Below are positions 38,701-64,000 of a stretch of DNA of 64,000 bases, piece after piece. The stretch spans positions 92,658-156,657 of the forward strand of contig NMRA01000676.1 of NCBI GenBank assembly GCA_002633005.1, read 5' to 3'. The DNA is from Phoronis australis (taxonomy: Eukaryota; Animalia; Phoronida). Below the pieces are notes generated by a model. The model ran no database searches, was not told where the DNA came from, and saw only the letters and a list, made by a program, of their open reading frames with translations. The stretch's first letter is position 1. Each line of letters starts with the position of its first letter. The translations under genes and the position numbers were made by a program.

Positions 38701-41435
38701 GCTAGAAATAAATTTTAACAACATTAAGCTAGAGTCAATTCACACAGTGATGAACATGAAACACAGCTGACTGTTTGACTATTATGAAACAGTTTTGGCA
38801 GCAACACTGACAAAGCAATTTGGGGCACCTGATCAATACTTACGTTCATACTTCAGTCTGTTTAATACTTTATTACTTAAAAATGAAAACACTAATCAAG
38901 AAACTAAAACCAAATGACAGCTATTAAACAAATTCACTGCAACAAATTCACTGCACACTAAACCTGGTCTTCACAGAAACATAAACATCATACATGAAGG
39001 AAAACTGCAGTAGCACTTCTCCTCCAGTGAAGTAAAAGTATGGACGTCGGTTTGTGAAACATTATGTGAGCAATTCAATTATCTCATCAATCCAGTTGGA
39101 TGAAACCCAAACTGGAATAATAACGGACAGGGGGACTTCTTGCACTTATGGCCAAAACAGAGACCACTGTCTGCCAGACGCCCCATGAAATTGATGAGAT
39201 AATCGATGCAAAACAATCAAAGTAGTGCTGCACTAGCAGTAGTGCTGCACTAACGGTCATTTACACAAAAGGCTTATGAAAGACTGCTATGTGTTTTATC
39301 TATATGATCACTGAACTACAGGTGGGATTAAAAATTCACATGTCATGAACATTACCTTTAAATGATCCAGCTAGATCAGGCCCAGTTATATACACACATT
39401 CTTTCAAGAACAGCTTCTATTGTGAGTTAGTGATGTAGTTTACTGGAAACTACTTTCTAATGAAAAATTCATGGTTTGGCTTTTTGATGACAAAATCACA
39501 ATTCTGAAAATTCAAGAACCCAGTGGCACATAGTTAAAATTTTATCCCTCTATTCCGATTTTATAGTTTCCATCATTTTCATGTCCCAAAAAGAAAATGA
39601 AAAATAAACCTTGGATGCTTTGAAGAGTTCTAGTTAGATATTATTTGATAAGAAATTACACTCACTATGTGACCAAGTGAACAGAGTTTCTTTATTGATA
39701 ACTAATCCCCTATTGTGAATGGAATGTGATCAAAACGGCCAGCTGACCACATGAAATCTTGGATTTCTCCAAATTGATCTTCATCTCCTTTAAGGTGGAA
39801 GTTTACAGCACGACTCGAAATAGGACAAAACGCCCAGTGTAACGAGCAGAACAATGTTATTTACTAATAAATCAATAACTTATGACTTCAATATTTACCA
39901 ATGCTCGGAAGCGAGTGCTAAACTTCGTGGCCTGGTTCTTCAATTCAAAATTTTCTTTAGCTTCCCTTGTTCCAAAATAAGAAGCAATGAGGAAGCCAAC
40001 AAATGAAGCCTGCACTGTCATGACAAACGTCATTTCTGCCTGTGGAGAATATTCTCCTTTGAAACTGAAAAGAAATGGAAAGCTACCAAACTGTAGAATT
40101 ACGGGAAATGAACAGTGTAAGCCTAGTAAAACAGTCAGAAACAAGAAATGCGGAATCTTTCTCTTCTTTCAAGCACCCACGAGTTTAAATTATTTTTTGT
40201 AAAAAAATATTCTTTTAACAATAATTGATGATAAAACGAAATACTTTCGAAATTAGAAAAGAAATTATTTAGATCCTTAGTGTATACATGATGAGCTTAC
40301 TGCATCTGTTAAATGCTACTTTCGACATGTATCCTGATGCTGATATCACAAGCAAGATTTCAAGTAAACAATATTTAAGCAGTGCTTGAAAAGTCCTGTT
40401 TTTTCATCGTCATTGGCAAAAGCAGAAATGGCAACAAGATATTCAAGCATGTCGCCAAATAGCGACCACCAACGTCCATTAAGTTCACCAGATTTCACCT
40501 AAAGAGGTTCTGCTGCCCTCAGATTAGTCTTTGAAGAATTAAATTTACAAAATGACGAAGTAACAGTGTCTCGATTATCTGACACTGTTAGAGCCGATTC
40601 GACTCTAGTCTGCAAATGATTAGTAACCAAACAGGGCTTCATATGAATTCAATTGTCACGTGGCGAGTGTGTAGAACTGCACACGTGCAAGATGTCACAT
40701 GCTGAAGAAGTTACAGTCCCATATCATAAGTAGACCTGCGCAAGTGCAAGCTGTCAAGTTCTGAGTTGATAATTAATATTTGAAAAACTAAATTAAATTC
40801 AAATGTTTTTTGTGTTTGTGACGTTTATGTTTGAGACTCTACCTTCGATGCTAATGTTTAACTGCAGGTATCTTATCTCCACCGCCTGGCACCGTTGACT
40901 GTTGCCATTAGATGAAATGGCTACATAATGAGACAAAAATCGGAATTAAGCAGACAAAGTAGTTTATCAATATGTAACAAGCAGAACCACAAATGTAATA
41001 CGCAAGCCATAAAAATCGCAGCAGGTCTGCATTGGAGAAGTGCCGCATTTTTGCCAAAGATTTTCGAAACTGGTTATTTGGTCAGATATGGACCCCAACT
41101 TACTCTTTGCCCCAAAGGTCTCGTATACGCTGACTCCCGGTCTCTCTAGCCAAATATTCCTGAACAAGATCGTCCGATACTACCATTGAAGGTCTTTTAA
41201 ATTCTCCACTAGCTTGCTTGGAAAGTTCTTCGGTTTTTGTTATTTCTAAAGCATGAACTGTTGGAAATATTCTGATTTTCTGCTCAATACCACACAGTAA
41301 ATGTAGTGTAGATAAGTTCCGAGGCAAACAATGTGTCTGAGTAGTTTTACAGAAAGGCCTTGTATTATTAAAACATGATGGTTTTCTGAAAAGCTGTTGC
41401 CAACTCCCTGTGGTCACCAGGTCCTTTCGTTGCAT
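35785..41435 (-). CDS. TIMMDC1: Complex I assembly factor TIMMDC1 (Tim17/22/23 family), ~300 aa, 7 coding exons
   Basis: Exons 41435-41104, 40064-39899, 38701-38613, 37982-37915, 37239-37161, 36403-36302, 35851-35785; GT-AG, phase-consistent, 903 nt. Motifs ETGSQRIRDLWGKD, NQATKFSTRFRALRAFND, AAYRNKSSVLEYTTAGALTGGLFKFTMGPRGMLVASLLGGVLGTVGG. Start taken as the in-frame ATG after the acceptor at 41476. Confidence 0.88.
36508..36588. repeat. 24-bp minisatellite (~3.3 copies) in a TIMMDC1 intron
   Basis: GATTGGACAGACAGGGCTATTCAT repeated with divergence. Confidence 0.8.
38231..38543. mobile_element. Left end of hAT-like non-autonomous element, cut at the contig join (N 38544)
   Basis: Begins CAGGGCTCGA, followed by ATGCGACC/ATGCGAGC subterminal repeats and palindrome CAGGTCGCATTTGCGACCTG. 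Confidence 0.5.
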
Positions 41436-42062
41436 CTTCACAATTTGCACTTTGGCATCAGATTTCACACAATTCCTAAAAAAATGATTAAGACATTAAT
41501 TCCAAGCAGGTTGGAGAGGAAACAGATAAATCTAAATAAATGACAGGAGCTTTGAAGGTTTTTCTTCCTGTTTGGCAAGAACATTGGACCCCATATCCTG
41601 GCCAAAAAAACAGCAGAGGACCCAATTACGAATTTCCGTAAATATGTAATGCTAGCTGATATGCATCATTGGTGAAAATGGCCATATTTTCCTAAATATA
41701 AAATTTGATGTACAAGCGACTCAGCTCCTGCTAACAGCTCGGCAACTGGCAGGCACCATTTTCTCGTCAAAGTTGGGTTTGTTTTCACGGAAAATGGTAG
41801 GACATTGTGCGACATCAGTCCCAGTCAACCTATAACGTATGCACTACTCCATATAGTGTTCTCCACATCTGAAAATCTAAACAGGTCGCACACGTAAAAC
41901 TGCAACAAATATGCCAGAACCGCGCGGCAGTCAACATTCCCATAGGCTAGAGTGCACCTTATTTTTACCCACGCACTTCAACAGTAATACACAGTATTGC
42001 AAACAAATAACGGTTTGCTCAACTTTTTTATTTTTAAAAGGTGTACTTATTTACAAACATAT

Positions 42063-43553
42063 CACATAACCCATTTGTTTAGTCGACGACTTTGAAATGG
42101 AAGTCTTAATTCCTACAGACATGTTTCAGTGTTTCAAAACAGAATGAGGAAATATTTTACTCAATACTTGTGATGTCAACATCAACGAAGTCCAAAAAGT
42201 CTAAGACATAGTAAACTTTTCCCACGAAGTAGACAGGCCAAGTGAAGTTACTTTGTAAAGCCAGTCGCAATTTTATGTCTTGGCAGCCAGGTCTACATTT
42301 TCTCAGTCCAATGTCGTGCACAGCATTCATATGGTCAATATCCCAGCCCGCATTTTTTGTCTGAATTCGATGTTCTGAAGTTGGTACAACCTTAAACTTC
42401 TGCACTACCAGAATTCTTGTAAAAATTGCACAATATCCCTCCAATGAATACAAATTAGGTAGAGTAAACAAAACGATCCACGTGTGTTTTCCATTTACTT
42501 GGACGGCAGTGTTAGGTCTGTTGACGAAAACCAATATTTCTAGAAAGACATCGAATGGATTGTCAAAAGCTTGCAACTATGGAATTTACATAATTTTCAG
42601 GATTGTCACAAACTCATTCTTTCAGCTGAGAACCATCTATTCTCAACTCAAGTTAGGAGAGAATTGTAAGAATGTCGATGTCGGATGTTGTCGGCAAAAC
42701 TTCGGTCCACCGTTCATAACACGGAAATTTGCAATTCGTTGACAGAGCCCGGCAGTATCATCACCATCCGGATCTGGATTATCTGTCTTATCTGCATCTG
42801 AGTCCACGTCAGTATCCGAAATATCTCTTGCTTTTCGAAATAATCCTTAGCAGTCCTTCTACGCCTTCCCGTGGCAGACGACATAACTAAATGTAGAATG
42901 CGCATGTCAATCGGTAACGGAAGCCAGGATAGAGTTCAAAAACGCAATGACCACGCAAGGAAAACAAGACTCTGCAAGATTACGCAAGATATCACCATAT
43001 ATTTTCAATGAGAGCACCTGATTTTGGCTACAATTTCTCACAGCAACACATTTATTTTGAACTTTACCCAGTGACGTCACTAGCTGCCCCAAATCACTGA
43101 TTACTCCCCCAAAACCGCAAGCGTCGTGCACGCTCTCTACCGAAGTTGTTGCGAACTGTTTGGCAAATTTTCAAAGGGAGTACGCGCCACAGATATAATG
43201 CGTATGCTGCCAACAAAACTCCTTATAAGGCAATGAGATGAATTCTGTCAATCTTGTTGAGCCGGTCGCACCAAAAGTAACCAATAATAGTCATCTAAGT
43301 AAGAGATACCAAAACAACAACCAATGACAGTCATCAAAAGCGTTTGCATGCAGAGTTTTGTTGAGACTGGTGCCGGTAAGTGAGACCAGTGTCGTGTGGC
43401 CCACGGAATGTTGAAAAATGCACTACGAAAATAAAATTCTGGCCACCCAAAAGATGTCCGTTGTGAAAACTCCTGCGCAACGGTGTTTCTGCTGACTAGT
43501 TAGACTTCGCAGAACTAATCACTGAGTCTAAATCATTATCAATGGGTTATGTG
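42063..43553 (-). mobile_element. ~1.5 kb internally deleted DNA transposon with CAC...GTG ends (EnSpm/CACTA-like) carrying degenerate coding remnants
   Basis: Perfect 13-bp TIR CACATAACCCATT (42063-42075) / AATGGGTTATGTG (43541-43553), AT on both flanks (2-bp TSD); minus-strand ORF remnants at 42157-42576 and 42714-42905. Superfamily is inferred from termini and TSD. Confidence 0.6.
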
Positions 43554-44483
43554 ATCAGTTGTCAGCCGAACATAAAAGGTGACTACAAAAGCGATTAGGC
43601 CTAACATAACGATCAGCGACAAAGTTTCATGCCAAACTGCACCTCCATTGAGCAGGTAGTGGATTAGGCTGATAGGTGGCACTGGGCCATTGTTTAAATT
43701 TAAATGACTATGACTAGTTATCTGAGATGAATTGAAAAGATGATTGAGAGATTATTTACAAGCCACGTTACACCATAGACTAGCGGCCCGGTCTGCCGCT
43801 TGAGTGAGATCGGTGGTTAGGCTTTCGGCAACTGACCACGGAGCCTTTATTCAGTTTCAAAACGCTATGGCCAGTTGCTGTCGAGCATAATTTGAACCAG
43901 TGAAGACCTTATTAACGACGACGATGACGGTCAAGAAATTTTTAAACCGATCGCAAAATTTTTAAACAGGACATAGGACATTTAAACAGGACGCGCGTTC
44001 GGCAAAACAGGACGCTGCGACACGTTAAAAGCGGTCGTGGAGAACACGTATTCTTCAAGAGGCAGTGCATACATGTTCTAAGACATATCAAGGTGTTGTG
44101 ACACATGACTTCCAGCTGTGACGTACAATCTGATAAAGTCACTTGCCAAGAGGCAACTGCTTCTTGGCGAACGGTTTAGATGCTTAATTGGCTCTCACCT
44201 GTGCAGCCCGGGTTCAAGTCGAGGAGTCACCACAATTTTCTATATTGGCATCAGCAGTAGAACTGCGACTGCAGTGCATACACAGATCAGAGACATAGCC
44301 GACTAGAGGGGGTAGGTAGCACACTTAATTGATCCGTCGTAGAAGACAGAGGAGTGTACTGTTGTGACACGTAACTTCCGAGTGTAACGTACAGCCAGAT
44401 AAAGCATCTCTAAACCACTTGCCCAGCAGAAATTGCCTCTTGGCTGAACGTTTTAAACGCTCAGCTCCCACCCGTGCAACTTG

Positions 44484-45434
44484 CTTCCCGTTCAGTAATG
44501 CTAGGACCTCGCTAAAATGCAAGACTTTGGCTAGCCTTGGTACAAAGCTGTATAATAAATATACAGCTTTGCACCGATGTGGATAAAAAAGTGGCAAGAT
44601 AAAATCTGACACAAAATTAGTGTCATTAAAAACTACATTCTTCCTTGAGTAAACTAAATTATTTAACGGTGTTGGAAAAAATGGCGTTCTACCATTATTC
44701 TGCTCCTAAAATTGTGGAGCGATCTTTAGCGACGGCTTTCAGCGCTATGAAATATTGCATCACCTATTGGCCAGTTTCTTTTTTCCTCCGATTCTTCAAA
44801 TCAAATGTTGTTCTTTCACGAGGTTGCGTACCCATCACAAGAAATTATTGGAACTGGTTTCACTTTATTATAAGTTTTTAGAATTTTGATACTGAAAAAC
44901 CGAATTTCAGCTAGAAGAAATTTTGGTGTTGCCAAGCTATCATCATCTCCCGAGAAATGTCGCAAAAATTTAGGAAATGGCACGTGCGTGTGACACGAGC
45001 ATACTGTTTTCAAAATGACGACATATTTTCCATTGTTAGAAAAGGCTGAGAATTACGCAAGAAAATGACATTTACTACATTGTTTTTCATTTGAACGGCT
45101 GTAACTTGTAAGGTGAGTGTCAATTGATTCCCAGATTTTGCATACACCCCGCCCGGTCTTTAGCTTTACATGTTGATACAAGTTTCACTGCCAGGTGACG
45201 AGCAGAACTACCCTGACTGTGTGCAATTTCAGTGTCTACGGAAGAAATACACACAGTGGTACCTTTATATAGCTGAATTTTGACGACAGTGCTTCACAGC
45301 TAGCTGGCTGGCTAGACTTCAGCCAGTTCGGGAGATTACGTGCGACAATGACCTGTATTTTAAATGAGAACACGTGACTTTGGTTAGATTTTAGCTAGGT
45401 CCTAGCGTAGGTCCTAGCGTTACTGAACGCATCC
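44484..45434. mobile_element. Inverted member of the 15211 MITE family, split by a nested insertion
   Basis: 44484-44531 and 45315-45434 align to the two parts of the reverse complement of 15211-15361. Confidence 0.8.
44532..45314. mobile_element. ~780-bp non-autonomous element with TAGCC...GGCTA ends (Academ-like), nested copy
   Basis: Aligns end to end with 46297-47065; subterminal hairpin GGTACAAAGCTGTAT/ATACAGCTTTGCACC; flanks GACTTTGGC / GACTTCAGC resemble a decayed 9-bp TSD. Confidence 0.75.
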
Positions 45435-46296
45435 CAGGGTTCAAGCCCAAATTTTGTACAAACAACAAAGGTCAAGGTCAAGGAATATTGTTGTAACTAC
45501 GGTATGTTCTAAAGATTGAGATAAAGTGTTAACTTGTCCACAACTCAAGGAATGAAATTGCTATTCTTAAGCAATTTCTCAAATGCTCGAAGGAAAATCA
45601 ATTACTTCAAGCCACTTACTACCTTGAAAAATAGACATGAAAACAGCAATTCTCACACTGTGCTGTCTGTTCTGGAAGCTGACATGTTGGACGGTAGAAA
45701 AGTAAAAATTGTTCCATGAAACTTATTTAAATAAGTTGCTTTTTACGCCTTTAAAGTGAACTTAAAATAATAAAATTGATTTTTACTTTTGAATATTACA
45801 TTTAAACTTATGTTGTTACTTTTGTAGTAACATTTTGCTTTTTATTTTACCTATGCCGATGAATTATGGGTAAATGACTGTGTAGCGCCATTTTGTTACT
45901 TCGTTCGTGTAATGATGTTGTTCTGATAAACAGGAAAAAAGAACCTGTTTTAAGAACATTTTCTGTACATTCCGTTTATTATTTACACAAGAAGCCAGGT
46001 ATAGTATTTTTGGGTTGAAGAAACGGTCAATTATTGTTTAACGGAGTGAACGCAAATCAAATTGAAATGTTGGCTTTGTCCTTACTTCCTTCGGCTGTCC
46101 CTGATCACTCGCGCCGTAGCAGTGCCAGTGGGAGTAGCGGCGTGCTGTATTCGTAAGCGTTGACGTAGTCTTTCGGCAAACGAAGTCACCTTCGTATAGT
46201 TTCAATCAAAAATCGTCAATTTATTTAAGCCTCCTGTTCTGTCAATTCTATAACTAGTCACAATCCCTCAGACTGAGGCTCAGTTCACTGACACTG

Positions 46297-47065
46297 TAGC
46301 CTTGGTACAAAGCTGTATGTATAATATACAGCTTTGCACCAATGTGGGTAAAAGAGTGGTAAGATAAAATCTGACACGAAATTAGTGTCATTAAAAATTA
46401 CAGTCTTCCTTGAGTAAACTAAATTATTTAACGGTGTTGGAAAAAATGGCGTTCTACCGTTATTCTGCTGCTAAAGTTGTGGAGCGATTGTTATATGGCT
46501 TTCGGCGCCATGAAATATTGCGTCACCTGTTGGCCAGTTTCTTTTTTTGCCGATTCCTCAATCAATGTTCTTCTTTCACGAGGTTGCGTACTCGTAACAA
46601 CAAATTATCGGAACTGGTATCACTTCATTGTAAGTTTTTAGAATTTTGATACAGTAAAACCGAATTTCAAAAGAAATTTTGCTGCTGCCAAGCTATCATC
46701 ATCTCCCTAGAGATGTCGCAAAAATTTAGGAAATGGCGCGTGCGCGTGACACGAGCGTACTGTTTTCAAAACGACGACATACTTTTCATTGTTAGAAAAG
46801 TCCGACAGTTACGCAAGAAAATGACCTTTATTACATTGTTTTTCACTTAAACGGTTGTAACGGGCAAGGTGAGTGTCGGTTGATTCCCACATTTTGCATG
46901 CACCCCGTCCGGTCTTTAGCTTTACGTGTTGATACAAGTTTCATGGCGAGGTAACGAGCAGAACTACCCTGGCTTTGTACAATTTCGGGGTCTACGGAAG
47001 AATTGCACACAGTGGTACCTTGCTGTATTTTGACGACAGTCTTCATACAGCTAGCTGGCTGGCTA
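46297..47065. mobile_element. Second, diverged copy of the TAGCC...GGCTA element
   Basis: Same termini and internal sequence as 44532-45314 but many substitutions and different flanks, so an independent insertion. Confidence 0.75.
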
Positions 47066-47539
47066 AATTCACTGCTGATGATGCTTGCCAAGAAGTATGC
47101 AATATAAGCCTACATCGCCCTGGATGCCACAGGCATACAGGGGCGATAGTACATCCCCACAAAAAGTTATGCATTTCAAAATACAGGATGTAAATTCAAA
47201 GGAAACATGCTTATATGTACAAGCAGTTATAATAAACACATACCATAACTAAGTCTGGAGATGGTTCAATCAAGATAATTTGAATAAATCGATAAAAATC
47301 TGTCACGGTTTGCTAGAGTTTCTCTTACTGGGTGCCGTTTTGAGGAAGCTACATGAAATCACGCATGTTGACGTATAAAAAGTCCAAGGGACACAAATCT
47401 TACAAATTTCATCGGATACCTTCCCATGCTATTTCGCAAGTGTCGCGCCAGCGTCACACACTTCGCTCAGTCTCGCGCTTGCCTTTGCCTAAATCACATG
47501 ACTCTGTTGAAATACTTTGTGGTTATCGCGTGCGTGGTG

Positions 47540-48321
47540 TAAAAGTTAACATTGACCAAAAACGTGGAGTTGGAATTCTTCACCTTAATTCTCATAACTA
47601 AGCTTCATCGAAAAAATGTGTAGAAGTAGAAAAGACCACTGAAGAAAGTAAGCGCGTGTGATCATTTTAAGTGTGGAGTGTATTTTTGACGAGGTGAAAA
47701 CTCTTAATTGGTGGCTGGATTTGGCCTACCGCCCGATTAAAATACACAGGACGAAATTCATACAGAAAGCGATGGGAAGTATTGTAGTCCCTAACCGACC
47801 AACTTCTGGACTACGTATTGCCTAGCATGGAAGCCATTGCAGTTGCTTGTCGGATGTAGCGGTCCCCCGGATTTTGAGAACCAGGCAGTCACTAAATAAC
47901 GGGCCTGTTACGTAGGGGATGAAACTTGTTCTCTGTATCAAGGACATAGGCCTACCTGGATTATAAAATAATCATCCTCTGCTCTATTCACGTTTCCTGC
48001 ACTAGAATTAACAACACAAAATTAAAGAAATTTGCCGATAAAAAAGACCACCTCCAAAATGGAGATTTAGACGTTTGTTTCTGCTTTCGCCATTTTAGGA
48101 TTTTGAGGGTCATTCTCTTTTCTAAATTAACCACTGGCATTCAGGTACAAACTTGCTCATTAGGTAAGTTTACTGTTAACGTCTTTTCTCAAATCATGAC
48201 ATCAACTTACGGCAGTATACTCAGCGACATAACTTATCCCACAAATCTGTACTCTTCTTGATATTCGCTGTCCGTGAAACTGTCAGTTGCCAATATTGTT
48301 CTCTTGATTTCAGATTAAAGA
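47540..48321 (+). promoter_or_regulatory. Probable 5'UTR exons of RBM5/10 downstream of a CpG-rich promoter region
   Basis: Donor GAAA|GTAAGC after 47647; cassette CATTTTAG|48099-48163|GTAAGT; acceptor TTTCAG| before 48314, 8 nt upstream of the ATG. Transcription start not determinable. Confidence 0.45.
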
Positions 48322-63976
<15,655 letters not shown>

Positions 63977-64000
63977 GGTAAGTGGTTGTGAAATGTTTTG

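Noticed and set aside
44060-44480. Two diverged ~150-bp direct repeats
   Set aside because: Similarity looks real but old, with no termini or coding signal to support a call.

Overview
Eukaryotic, intron-rich, AT-rich scaffold, most consistent with a marine invertebrate (bilaterian) draft assembly. It has one ~820-nt gap and five single-N contig joins, four flanked by 1.2-2.4 kb near-identical duplications that look like uncollapsed haplotype overlaps. Manual splicing gives five protein-coding genes: a two-exon orphan secreted protein (-, 4643-5912), CCDC153/DRC12 with an intronless CDS (-, 11164-11760), an SSUH2 homolog (+, 23377-34635), TIMMDC1 (-, 35785-41435) and the 5' portion of an RBM5/RBM10 ortholog (+, 48322 to beyond the window). 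Non-coding DNA holds many non-autonomous transposons, including a hammerhead-ribozyme-bearing 231-bp insertion and a Helentron-type element with eight co-oriented CTCF-like motifs. The most striking unannotated feature is a ~1 kb nested network of G-U-rich complementary helices in the two RBM5/10 introns around the 74-nt frameshifting RRM1 exon. It would loop out that exon, sequester its branch point and weak 5' splice site, and enclose a candidate poison exon, suggesting an RNA-structure-based splicing/NMD switch. All pairings and gene identities were read by eye; no folding or database search was run.
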